The notes under the pieces: model-generated
Seen by the model: the letters and a program-made list of their open reading frames with translations, nothing else
What the model was told of the DNA's origin: nothing
Database searches by the model: none
Translations under genes and position numbers: made by a program
Sequence record: MH355584.1
DNA length: 64,000 nt
Direction: 5' to 3' (one strand)
Source of the DNA: Escherichia phage vB_EcoM_JB75
Shown here: positions 1 to 9,023 of the stretch, one piece after another
How the letters are laid out: each line of letters opens with the position of its first letter
Numbering within the stretch: the first letter of the stretch is position 1

Positions 1-117
1 CGTATTATCATAAATGGTAAATATGCTTTAAGAATTATTTGTTATTATTAACTCATACCGCACTGATTAATACCCTCTATCATTAGGGGTTCTTGTTAGA
101 GAGCCTTTGTTAATAAT

Positions 118-190
118 TGGGAATTAGCCAAGTTGGTAAGGCATAGCACTTTGACTGCTAGATGCAAAGGTTCGAGTCCTTTATTCCCAG
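118..190 (+). tRNA. tRNA-Gln (anticodon UUG)
   Basis: Cloverleaf: 7-bp acceptor stem TGGGAAT/ATTCCCA, anticodon loop CUUUGAC, T-loop GGTTCGAGTCC; no encoded CCA. Confidence 0.85.
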
Positions 191-191
191 C

Positions 192-278
192 GCGAGAATG
201 GTCAAATTGGTAAAGGCACAGCACTTAAAATGCTGCGGAATGATTTCCTTGTGGGTTCGAGTCCCACTTCTCGCACCA
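192..278 (+). tRNA. tRNA-Leu (anticodon UAA), long variable arm
   Basis: Acceptor GCGAGAA/TTCTCGC, anticodon stem CAGCA/TGCTG with loop CUUAAAA, encoded CCA. Confidence 0.85.
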
Positions 279-283
279 AATTT

Positions 284-357
<74 letters not shown>

Positions 358-367
358 ATTTAATTTA

Positions 368-441
368 CTCCGTGTAGCTCAGTTTGGTAGAGCGTCTGCT
401 TTGGGAGCAGAATGTCGTAGGTTCAAATCCTGCCACGGAGA
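368..441 (+). tRNA. tRNA-Pro (anticodon UGG)
   Basis: Acceptor CTCCGTG/CACGGAG, anticodon loop UUUGGGA, T-loop GGTTCAAATCC; no encoded CCA. Confidence 0.85.
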
Positions 442-443
442 CT

Positions 444-533
444 GGAGGCGTGGCAGAGTGGTTTAATGCACCGGTCTTGAAAACCGGCAGTCGCTCCGGC
501 GACTCATAGGTTCAAATCCTATCGCCTCCGCCA
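444..533 (+). tRNA. tRNA-Ser (anticodon UGA), long variable arm
   Basis: Acceptor GGAGGCG/CGCCTCC, anticodon stem CCGGT/ACCGG with loop CUUGAAA, encoded CCA. Confidence 0.85.
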
Positions 534-538
534 GTTTT

Positions 539-614
539 GCTGATTTAGCTCAGTAGGTAGAGCACCTCACTTGTAATGAGGACGTCGGCGGTTCGATTCC
601 GTCAATCAGCACCA
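539..614 (+). tRNA. tRNA-Thr (anticodon UGU)
   Basis: Acceptor GCTGATT/AATCAGC, anticodon loop CUUGUAA, T-loop GGTTCGATTCC, encoded CCA. Confidence 0.85.
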
Positions 615-615
615 A

Positions 616-690
616 GGCCCTGTAGCTGGAAGGTTCAAGCAAGCGACTCATAATCGCCAGATGGTGGTTCAATTCCACCCAGGGCCACCA
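616..690 (+). tRNA. tRNA with CAU anticodon (Ile2-type AUA reader by analogy to T4 tRNA-Ile; Met not excluded)
   Basis: Acceptor GGCCCTG/CAGGGCC, anticodon loop CUCAUAA, encoded CCA; identity of CAU tRNAs cannot be decided from sequence alone. Confidence 0.75.
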
Positions 691-703
691 AATTAAGAAT
701 TAA

Positions 704-790
704 GGGGAGTTATCCCGTAGAGGTAGCGGTGTGGACTGTAAATCCATTGTCATTGCGACTCGGGTGGTTCGACTCCATCACTCCCCACCA
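704..790 (+). tRNA. tRNA-Tyr (anticodon GUA), long variable arm
   Basis: Acceptor GGGGAGT/ACTCCCC, anticodon loop CUGUAAA, T-loop GGTTCGACTCC, encoded CCA. Confidence 0.75.
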
Positions 791-794
791 ATTT

Positions 795-869
795 GGATGT
801 GTAGCTCAGTGGTAGAGCAGTTGACTGTTAATCAATTGGTCCATGGTTCGAATCCATGCATGTCCGCCA
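795..869 (+). tRNA. tRNA-Asn (anticodon GUU)
   Basis: Acceptor GGATGTG/CATGTCC (two G-U pairs), D-arm TAGCTCAGTGGTAGAGCA, anticodon loop CUGUUAA, encoded CCA. Confidence 0.75.
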
Positions 870-873
870 AATA

Positions 874-949
874 CGAGGCATAGCTCAGAAGGAAGAGCAA
901 GGACCTTCTAAGTCCTGGGTCGTAGGTTCGATCCCTACTGCCTCGACCA
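874..949 (+). tRNA. tRNA-Arg (anticodon UCU)
   Basis: Acceptor CGAGGCA/TGCCTCG, anticodon stem AGGAC/GTCCT with loop CUUCUAA, encoded CCA. Confidence 0.85.
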
Positions 950-1054
950 GACAAGAAGCCGGGTCGCTACCGGCAAGTCGTCGGACTGATGTTCCCTGTT
1001 TAAGGACTGGTATTAATAAATCTTTATGTTTTGTTAATGTCCCCTTATATCACA

Positions 1055-1216
1055 GCAGAAACGGCGCACCGAATTATCGATTCGAGGAAATATCTTTGCC
1101 GTAAGCCGAGTAGCGTTTTTGACGGAACGTTCGGATATGGTCGAGATATGGCCTTTTAAAAATATTGAGTAGCGTCAACTGCTTAATAACCGGGTTCGAA
1201 TCCCGGCGTTTCGTAC
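1055..1216 (+). ncRNA. Putative small stable RNA with tRNA-like T-arm (compare T4 species 1/2 RNAs downstream of the tRNA cluster)
   Basis: Non-coding stretch after tRNA-Arg with CCGGGTTCGAATCCCGG T-arm-like hairpin at about 1190-1208 and partially paired ends; boundaries approximate. Confidence 0.25.
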
Positions 1217-1262
1217 AAACACTTGCCTTAGCAGGTGGAACCCCGACAAGGTTGCCGCAAGG

Positions 1263-1296
1263 CTTAGCCCCGACCGAAAGGTTGGGGCTTTTTAGT
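1263..1296 (+). repeat. 34-bp direct repeat copy 1 (contains terminator hairpin)
   Basis: CTTAGCCCCGACCGAAAGGTTGGGGCTTTTTAGT, identical to 1818-1851. Confidence 0.9.
1266..1295 (+). terminator. Rho-independent terminator
   Basis: GC-rich stem AGCCCCGACC / GGTTGGGGCT, GAAA loop, T-run. Confidence 0.7.
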
Positions 1297-1303
1297 ATAA
1301 ATA
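1296..1303 (+). promoter_or_regulatory. T4-type late promoter TATAAATA
   Basis: Exact TATAAATA 37 nt upstream of the Ip-type gene start (1340). Confidence 0.5.
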
Positions 1304-1339
1304 AGTATATTAAAACCCCGAATTAAAACAGGAAATAAG

Positions 1340-1813
1340 ATGAAATCATATGCTCAATTTTTAAATGAAGCGGTGTTAAATGAAGCATCTAGCACCGAAA
1401 TTCAAGCTGTCGCAAAAGCAGCCATTGCAGCGGGTAAATATTCCTATAAAGATGCTTCTGACGAATCACGATTCCAATTTGCTCGCGACATGAAAGCAGA
1501 AGGATTTACGGGAAATGCAGTTAGTATGGCCTGGAAAAGTCTAGTTGCTACTGGCGCTGCTTTTGCAAAGGCTTCGGGTAAACCTGCTCCTAAAGCAGAT
1601 CCTAAAGCGGCACAAGAAAAAAATATCGTTAAAGGAATTATCGCTAAATATGAAGCTATCCTTAAAGAGCTTTTAGTAATCAAAACCGAAGGCCAAAAGT
1701 TAGCCCGTGCTTATAGTTTCAAAGATAATCCACATGTTCACTCTCTTGAGTATGTTGAAGACATCCAAAAAATTATTAAAGACCGCATTTGGTCTGCTAA
1801 ACAAATCAAATGA
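1340..1813 (+). CDS. Internal protein (Ip-type), N-terminal capsid-targeting sequence
   Basis: 157 aa; N-terminus MKSYAQFLNEA resembles the T4 IPI/II/III targeting sequence MKTYQEFIAE cut by the prohead protease; RBS AGGAAA. Confidence 0.7.
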   Translation: MKSYAQFLNEAVLNEASSTEIQAVAKAAIAAGKYSYKDASDESRFQFARDMKAEGFTGNAVSMAWKSLVATGAAFAKASGKPAPKADPKAAQEKNIVKGIIAKYEAILKELLVIKTEGQKLARAYSFKDNPHVHSLEYVEDIQKIIKDRIWSAKQIK

Positions 1814-1817
1814 CATT

Positions 1818-1851
1818 CTTAGCCCCGACCGAAAGGTTGGGGCTTTTTAGT
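1818..1851 (+). repeat. 34-bp direct repeat copy 2 (contains terminator hairpin)
   Basis: Perfect copy of 1263-1296. Confidence 0.9.
1821..1850 (+). terminator. Rho-independent terminator
   Basis: Same hairpin plus T-run as at 1266-1295. Confidence 0.7.
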
Positions 1852-1938
1852 TTGAATCACATAGAGAATGCTGCTACGGATAGTAACAAAGTAATAAATA
1901 ATTAATAACCAACCGATAAATTATTTCAAGGATTTTAA

Positions 1939-2502
1939 ATGAAAACCTATGCCGAATTTTTAACCGAAGCAGCAAAATTACCATCTGAAGCAGATCTTAC
2001 TAAAGTATTCTTCCAATTGGACCCAAAAGACCGCGGCGATTTTCTTAAGTGGAAAGCTAAAGCTATTGAAATGTACAACATCGATAATAGTTCTTTTACA
2101 ATGAGTCAAGAAAATAAATTCAATAAAGCATTTTTCAAAATTTCTAAGAAATTGGCATCTGGCGCTCAGGTTCCTAAATCTGTGTTAGCTACTCCTGAAC
2201 GCGCACCTGTTAAAATTTCTAAGAATATGTTCGACACTAAAAAATACGTTAATGCTTTGAATAAAGCTCTTGATGCATTGGATGATGCAAAGAAGGCAGC
2301 CCGCGATCTTCAAGACGTGTACACCGATTTTGACCGCAAAACTAAAGGTTCTATTTCAAATAGCGAACGCAATAGTGTAAGTGTTTATTCTGATAGCCTT
2401 GATGTTCTTGGCGATGCGTATACTGAAATTAAAAATCGTATTAACACTGCATCTAAGCTAAAAGCTGCTGCAGAAGCTATAATAACTAAACTAGGTAAAT
2501 AA
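1939..2502 (+). CDS. Internal protein (Ip-type), N-terminal capsid-targeting sequence
   Basis: 187 aa; N-terminus MKTYAEFLTEAA; lysine-rich. Confidence 0.7.
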   Translation: MKTYAEFLTEAAKLPSEADLTKVFFQLDPKDRGDFLKWKAKAIEMYNIDNSSFTMSQENKFNKAFFKISKKLASGAQVPKSVLATPERAPVKISKNMFDTKKYVNALNKALDALDDAKKAARDLQDVYTDFDRKTKGSISNSERNSVSVYSDSLDVLGDAYTEIKNRINTASKLKAAAEAIITKLGK

Positions 2503-2510
2503 TTTTAAAT

Positions 2511-2535
2511 CCCTATCTAAATGATAGGGCTTTTT
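2511..2535 (+). terminator. Rho-independent terminator
   Basis: Stem CCCTATC / GATAGGG followed by T-run. Confidence 0.6.
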
Positions 2536-2627
2536 GGTATCTAGGCCTTTCTGGACCTCTCTAGGCATCATTTAGTTTATACCCTTTATAATATATTATC
2601 CTATCCTTTAATTGCCCATCCCTGCCC

Positions 2628-2734
2628 TAGAATTCCCTAAAAATTTTTTCACAAAACTGTTTACATCTCTGTTCTTCCATGGTACTATACAACTATCAAC
2701 TACTGATACAGAAAACAACTTGGAGAATGAAATG
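2628..2734 (+). repeat. Promoter/5'UTR cassette copy A (near-identical to 45532-45631)
   Basis: About 100 nt shared, including early promoter, leader and RBS GGAGAATGAAATG. Confidence 0.85.
2659..2688 (+). promoter_or_regulatory. T4-type early promoter (sigma70-like)
   Basis: -35 GTTTAC, 18-bp spacer, -10 TACTAT, upstream A/T tract. Confidence 0.7.
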
Positions 2735-2995
2735 GATAATTACGGCGAACTGTTCAACTTCTTTATGAAATGCGTTTCAGAAGATTTCGGTCGTACAGTG
2801 AATGATATTAAAGTTATCGGTCCTGAACATCCGATGTTTGAAACTTACGCAGTAATGGGTAATGAAGACGGTCAGTGGTATACTGTAAAGGTTGTGATTA
2901 ACATGTTCACTGCTGAAAGTTATGTTAAACTGTCTTCTAAAGTTTACCATGATAACGACGAAATCGCTGAAGAATATTTCAATAATATGAAATAA
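2732..2995 (+). CDS. Hypothetical protein (87 aa)
   Basis: ORF-track frame 2612..2995 trimmed to the ATG after RBS GGAGA; the upstream part of the track ORF is the promoter. Confidence 0.55.
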   Translation: MDNYGELFNFFMKCVSEDFGRTVNDIKVIGPEHPMFETYAVMGNEDGQWYTVKVVINMFTAESYVKLSSKVYHDNDEIAEEYFNNMK

Positions 2996-3051
2996 GTTTA
3001 CATAGGTTCATGATTGAGATATTATGAGCCTATACAAATGAGGAAAACATT

Positions 3052-3387
3052 ATGAAACGTAACTTTAGTAAAGCTTTTTGTAATAGAAATAATTATCCTG
3101 AAGAGCTTTTTGAATCTAAGGACTTTAAAGAGTTTAACGAACGTTCTCAAAACATGCCTGTACAATGGGTGTTAGATTATGCCAAACGTATCTTTGAAGG
3201 CGTGCGGGATATTTGTCCTGATGATGAAGCTCCTTATTTTAAAAAGGCTTGGGAACTCGCCAACCAAGCATATATCAATGCTTTAGAATCTTCTAAAGGT
3301 ACTGACGATGATTTTATTTTATTGGCTATCAATGATGCCGTTATCGAGGCCATTGACGTCTTTATCGATGAGCTAGACGAAGAATAA
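3052..3387 (+). CDS. Hypothetical acidic protein (111 aa)
   Basis: ORF with RBS GAGGAAA; acidic C-terminus. Confidence 0.55.
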   Translation: MKRNFSKAFCNRNNYPEELFESKDFKEFNERSQNMPVQWVLDYAKRIFEGVRDICPDDEAPYFKKAWELANQAYINALESSKGTDDDFILLAINDAVIEAIDVFIDELDEE

Positions 3388-3443
3388 GTTTACAATCTAT
3401 TAAAACGTGATATTATCTAATTATACCAACCTAAGGAAATACT

Positions 3444-4037
3444 ATGAACACACTGAAGAAAATTGTTGAGTTTATTCGCACTAAACTTGGTTCTGCTATG
3501 GCTAAAAATCTATCTGTTGAAGAACAGTATACTGCTGCAGCAGCAAAACTGCTTGATAAAATTAAAGACCTAAAAACTGCTTCTGTTAAATCTATTAATG
3601 AAGAAAAACGTATTCGTGAACTTATTGTTGAAAAGAATAAGCAGGCCGAATCAAAAGAGCGTGAAATTCGCAAGCTTCTTTCTGAAGGTCAAGATGTAAC
3701 AATGCATGCTAAACTCGGTTTACTATATCGTCGAACAGCTGAGCAGTTGACTACTAAGGCTGACGGTTATGCTGAAATGCGAATTGAAATCGCCAAGAAA
3801 GTAGTTGAGTTAGATGATGCTCGTCAAGAACTTGCAGTTAAATTGGAATATATCCGTGAAACTCGTGCGGCAAATGCCCTTGGAATTAGTACTGCCGATG
3901 ATGTAGTTGAAATTGCAGCACTGACTAAGGTTGATATTGAAGATACCCTTGCTCGAGTTGAAACCTTTAATGGTAATATTTCTGGGGTTGAAACTACCTC
4001 TGCCGATGTTCAGGAATACATTAATTCTCTGAAATAA
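3444..4037 (+). CDS. Hypothetical alpha-helical coiled-coil protein (197 aa)
   Basis: Heptad-like charged helical sequence throughout; loosely PspA/IM30-like in composition. Confidence 0.6.
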
Positions 4038-4078
4038 TGATAAGGGGTTTCGGCCCCTTATACTTGGAGTAAATAGGA

Positions 4079-4693
4079 ATGAAAATGAAAATGCAAAGTG
4101 ATTTCAATTCAATGTTTGAAGAGTTCCAAAGACAGGTTGATGTTCCAGACCAATTACTAAATGCTCTTAAACGCATGGCAGAAGGACGTAATTACTATTG
4201 GGGGTCTTCATATGAAACTGATGAAAGCCTTTCCGGAAGATTTTCTAGAGGTAAAAAGTCTTTAATACGTCCTGGAATACTCATTAACAGTATTGAATCA
4301 ATTCATTCATTGACATGCGATTTTGATGTTGAATTTACTGATTTCATTTCTCCTGAATGGACGGTATGTTATTTAAACGACGATTTTGATTATCTCGGTG
4401 TTTATAGTTTAAGTGACGCATGGTTTAAACGTAATTTACAAAAGTCAAATTTATTCTATATTGATACTACAGTAAAATTTCAGGGAAAGAAATATTTCTT
4501 TACTCTTATAGTTGATTCTGAAACGAAGCATGAAAATAAACGTATTCTTAGTAAAAGAAATATCTTGAATATTGTTGATGATCTTTTTGATAAATTAGTG
4601 GAAAATCCTAATTTTGAAAGTGATTTATTACTAGAAAAATTTGTTAAGGAATGTAGAGAATATGTCAAAACCATCACTATACCTTCCAAGTAA
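4079..4693 (+). CDS. Hypothetical protein (204 aa)
   Basis: ORF with RBS GGAG; C-terminus KFVKECREYVK resembles the C-terminal motif of the three following ORFs. Confidence 0.6.
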   Translation: MKMKMQSDFNSMFEEFQRQVDVPDQLLNALKRMAEGRNYYWGSSYETDESLSGRFSRGKKSLIRPGILINSIESIHSLTCDFDVEFTDFISPEWTVCYLNDDFDYLGVYSLSDAWFKRNLQKSNLFYIDTTVKFQGKKYFFTLIVDSETKHENKRILSKRNILNIVDDLFDKLVENPNFESDLLLEKFVKECREYVKTITIPSK

Positions 4694-5054
4694 ACCGTTG
4701 AAGTATGAATTAAAGCGTCAGATAATTTCTACTGATGTGTTAATAGGTCCTGTTATACTCATATCATTTGTAATTCTATTGATTATTGGAGGTGTTTTAG
4801 ATGTTATGACTGATATTGATTCTGGCGAAATACTTGTGTTAATGCTAATTCTTCCATTAATAGTTCCACTTTTATTAGTACCCGTAAATTGGGTAGGATA
4901 CTGGTATCAAGGAAGGCATTATCGTAAACGCGTACGTGATTGGAAAGCACAGTGTAAAAAGATTAAAAAGGAACATCAGCTTAAACTTGCTGCGCATGAA
5001 TTTGATGAAATTATGAAATTTGTTAAGGAATCACGATGCAAAAGCCAAAACTAA
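4662..5054 (+). CDS. Small membrane protein, tandem paralog 1
   Basis: Two hydrophobic helices; C-terminal FVKESRCK motif; start chosen at internal ATG, uncertain. Confidence 0.5.
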   Translation: MSKPSLYLPSKPLKYELKRQIISTDVLIGPVILISFVILLIIGGVLDVMTDIDSGEILVLMLILPLIVPLLLVPVNWVGYWYQGRHYRKRVRDWKAQCKKIKKEHQLKLAAHEFDEIMKFVKESRCKSQN

Positions 5055-5398
5055 ATAAAGTCAAATATTCGTTTCCAGAGGCACTATTAATTCTTGCCGT
5101 ATCAGCATTTGCAGCTCTTGCAGGTAGTCTTATTGGATTGTTAATTGATTGTTTTATTTTAAACATCGACGGCACAGTAATTATAACAGAGGTTTGGAGT
5201 GAACTTCGTTTTACTATAGCGATTTCATTATTTTCATTCTTTGGTACCATGTTATATTTTCATTATGATAATTTTAAAATAAATTGGCAAAGAAAAAAGG
5301 ATTACAAAATACAATTAAAAGAATATAATAGCTACATGTCTTATATTGAAAATGAGTCAATGAAAGAGTTTGTGAGTGATTGTAGGAAAATTAAATGA
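5036..5398 (+). CDS. Small membrane protein, tandem paralog 2
   Basis: 120 aa; hydrophobic helices; C-terminal EFVSDCRKIK. Confidence 0.55.
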   Translation: MQKPKLNKVKYSFPEALLILAVSAFAALAGSLIGLLIDCFILNIDGTVIITEVWSELRFTIAISLFSFFGTMLYFHYDNFKINWQRKKDYKIQLKEYNSYMSYIENESMKEFVSDCRKIK

Positions 5399-5513
5399 TT
5401 TTAAAAACTCGCTGGTATGATTTAGATGATGGGGATGATGGCATTTCAGTTGATAGAGTTGACTGGAATGGTTGTTCCGAAGATATGAAAATTTGTTGAT
5501 TAGGGAGTTTAGA

Positions 5514-5878
5514 ATGGGATATCAAGCAGCTAAGCCATTTACTGTAACAGATGATAAGTTCGTATGTATTCAAAACGGTCGCGCTAAGTTAACGAATGCT
5601 GATTGGTTCACAGATAAGAAGGTTCTTCTGTGGTATATCATTAGTCTTCCTATATCATCGTTCGTATTTTACTTTTTTATAAAAAATCCAATGGACAGAA
5701 TAGGAGATTGGGTTCTTTTAACTATACTTGTTAATATTTTTACAGCAGCAGTATTATCAGGAATATGGCGTATGTTCATTGAAATGCCATGGCGTTTACG
5801 CAGACAACAAAAGATTTTTGATGAAAAGAAATATACTCAAAATTTAAATAACTTTATCACTGAATGCAGGAAATTAAA

Positions 5879-5882
<4 letters not shown>
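5514..5882 (+). CDS. Small membrane protein, tandem paralog 3
   Basis: Start at ATG after RBS GGGAG; hydrophobic helices; C-terminal NFITECRKLK. Confidence 0.55.
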
Positions 5883-6851
<969 letters not shown>

Positions 6852-6855
6852 AGTT

Positions 6856-6885
6856 GTTTACTTTCTCCTAGAATTGTGATAGTAT
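6856..6885 (+). promoter_or_regulatory. T4-type early promoter
   Basis: -35 GTTTAC, 18-bp spacer, -10 TAGTAT. Confidence 0.65.
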
Positions 6886-6939
6886 ATTCACAGTTGCTTG
6901 AAGAGACAAATTACTAATTAAAATATTTAAAGGAAACAT

Positions 6940-7413
6940 ATGAAAACATATCAAGAATTTATCACTGAAGCAGCTATTAATTCTCAAATTATTGCTGAAT
7001 CTTTTACTGATCTTTTGAAATTTAAAAAAGGTCAAAAAATTACTGCTGTATTGGATGATGGTACAGAAGTTGAGATGGATGTACAGGGATATAATTATGC
7101 AGTAGATGGAAAACTGTATAATAAATCTCATGCTAAATTTGATTCATTTGACGACTTTGTTAATACAGTTGAAGATGAAAAAACTCGTCGATCCATTGCA
7201 ACTGGTGATGCTAAGGTTCTTATGGCACATGGTCATGAACGCATTCGCGCTAAACAGAATAAAATGGGTGAAGATAATTTTGCATTAGTTGGTTATCAAT
7301 CTGGTAAACAAACTTATGGCTATCAACGTACTGCTACAATGTATAATAAAAATGGTAAAATTGCCTTTGTAAATAGTAAAGGTTCTATTCAGTACGTTAA
7401 ATCGTTCAAATAA
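6940..7413 (+). CDS. Internal protein (Ip-type), N-terminal capsid-targeting sequence
   Basis: 157 aa; N-terminus MKTYQEFITEAA; sits where T4 has ipIII, downstream of e. Confidence 0.7.
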   Translation: MKTYQEFITEAAINSQIIAESFTDLLKFKKGQKITAVLDDGTEVEMDVQGYNYAVDGKLYNKSHAKFDSFDDFVNTVEDEKTRRSIATGDAKVLMAHGHERIRAKQNKMGEDNFALVGYQSGKQTYGYQRTATMYNKNGKIAFVNSKGSIQYVKSFK

Positions 7414-7566
7414 GCAAATAAGAAATATGGGAACAAACTGGACCTCATGATTCTATGAGGGATTCCCGCCAACCTGTAATAAGGTCGAGCCTGAGTGCGG
7501 TAATGGGTAAATACAGAAATGGACAATTCATGCGCCATGGAATGGCCCAAATTTAGAGAGAATAAA

Positions 7567-8106
7567 ATGAGAACATTTTTAACTGGTCCTTATCTATCCC
7601 TGATGAATGCTTTTACACACCATTCTGATGCTAGAGTAGAAGAAATTTGTAAAAACGATTATATCCCACCATTTGAAGACTTACTTAAACAGTATTGCAC
7701 ACTTCGACTAGATGGTGGACGTCAATCCGGTAAATCAATTGCTGTGACTAACTTCGCTGCTAATTGGTTGTATGATGGCGGAACAGTTATTGTTCTTTCT
7801 AATACTTCAGCTTACGCTAAAATTTCTGCAAATAACATTAAAAAGGAATTTTCGCGTTATTCTAATGATGATATACGTTTTCGTTTATTTACTGATTCTG
7901 TGCGCAGTTTTATTGGTAATAAAGGAAGCAAGTTCAGAGGTTTATCGCTTTCACGAATTTTGTATATAATTGATGAGCCTGTTAAATCTCCTGATATGGA
8001 TAAAATTTACGATATTCATATTGAAACTGTGCAACACTGCTGCAATAGTAAATGTTGCATTGGTGGTATTACTCGTCCACAGTTTTTCGTAATCGGAATG
8101 CAATGA
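7567..8106 (+). CDS. Hypothetical P-loop protein
   Basis: Walker A-like GGRQSGKS; start ambiguous (ATGs at 7519, 7537, 7567). Confidence 0.5.
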   Translation: MRTFLTGPYLSLMNAFTHHSDARVEEICKNDYIPPFEDLLKQYCTLRLDGGRQSGKSIAVTNFAANWLYDGGTVIVLSNTSAYAKISANNIKKEFSRYSNDDIRFRLFTDSVRSFIGNKGSKFRGLSLSRILYIIDEPVKSPDMDKIYDIHIETVQHCCNSKCCIGGITRPQFFVIGMQ

Positions 8107-8432
8107 TGACAGACACTCAGCTTTTCGAATATCTTTATTTTTCGCCAAAAACTATTAAAAATAAATTGGTGAATCATTTTGAAATTTTAGCAAATAATAA
8201 CATTTTGAGCGAATTTTATCCCAAGCAATACAAATTACAAAAAGGTGTATTCAAAGGATGCAGAGTTTTGTGCACTGCTCCTAATGCAAGATTAATGAAT
8301 AAAATTCCGTATTTTACCATGGAATTTATTGATGGACCTTTTAAAGGATTAATTACGCAAAGTTTAATGGCATATGATTCTGAGCCGTTTTTAATTAAAG
8401 AACAATCTTGGATAAATTTATTTTCTAATTGA
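8103..8432 (+). CDS. Hypothetical protein (109 aa)
   Basis: ATG overlaps upstream stop codon. Confidence 0.5.
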   Translation: MMTDTQLFEYLYFSPKTIKNKLVNHFEILANNNILSEFYPKQYKLQKGVFKGCRVLCTAPNARLMNKIPYFTMEFIDGPFKGLITQSLMAYDSEPFLIKEQSWINLFSN

Positions 8433-8439
8433 GGTTTAT

Positions 8440-8802
8440 ATGAAAGCATATCAAATTCTTGAAGGCACACACAAAGGCACTATTTATTTTGAAGATGGTA
8501 TTCAAGCACGAATTATCGTTTCTAAAACCTTTAAAGAGGACTCTTTTGTAGACCCAGAAATTTTCTATGGTTTGCATGCCCGTGAAATTGAAATTGAGCA
8601 ACAGCCTACAGTTAAAATTGAAGGTGGTCAACACCTGAACGTTAACGTTCTGCGTCGTGAAACTCTGGAAGATGCAGTTAAGCATCCGGAAAAATATCCG
8701 CAGCTGACCATCCGTGTATCCGGTTATGCAGTTCGCTTTAACTCTCTGACTCCGGAACAGCAGCGCGACGTTATCGCTCGTACCTTTACCGAGAGTTTGT
8801 AA
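8440..8802 (+). CDS. Autonomous glycyl-radical cofactor, GrcA/YfiD-like
   Basis: C-terminal ~58 aa ([60 protein letters not shown]) match recalled E. coli GrcA, including the glycyl-radical motif RVSGY. Confidence 0.85.
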   Translation: MKAYQILEGTHKGTIYFEDGIQARIIVSKTFKEDSFVDPEIFYGLHAREIEIEQQPTVKIEGGQHLNVNVLRRETLEDAVKHPEKYPQLTIRVSGYAVRFNSLTPEQQRDVIARTFTESL

Positions 8803-9023
8803 TGGCAAAGATAATTATTGAAGGTTCTGAAGATGTGCTAAATGCTTTCGCCGAGTGGTTTAGTAATTCAGGCGAACAGCAATTTAATGAAGCCTGGAAT
8901 ATGGGTGATATTGATGGAATTTATCCTACGACAGAAATTTCTGTTCAGGGATATGGCATTCATGAACCTATTCGTTTAGTTGAATACGATTTATGCACTG
9001 GTGAGGAAGTCAAATATGATTGA
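8802..9023 (+). CDS. Hypothetical protein (73 aa)
   Basis: ATG overlapping upstream stop (TAATG). Confidence 0.5.
   Translation: MAKIIIEGSEDVLNAFAEWFSNSGEQQFNEAWNMGDIDGIYPTTEISVQGYGIHEPIRLVEYDLCTGEEVKYD

Noticed and set aside
856-1104. ORF-track entry 856..1104 (+), 82 aa
   Set aside because: Starts inside tRNA-Asn and runs through tRNA-Arg; no RBS; product is low-complexity.
1189-1216. Possible eleventh tRNA from the GGTTCGAATCC T-arm-like hairpin
   Set aside because: No convincing D-arm or anticodon arm at the right spacing, and the acceptor pairing is imperfect; kept only as a low-confidence stable-RNA candidate.
8440-8802. Host-like GC-rich patch as possible assembly chimera or contamination
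   Set aside because: The host-like segment is in frame with a phage-like N-terminal half, embedded in a tightly packed operon, and a GrcA-like gene is known from T4.
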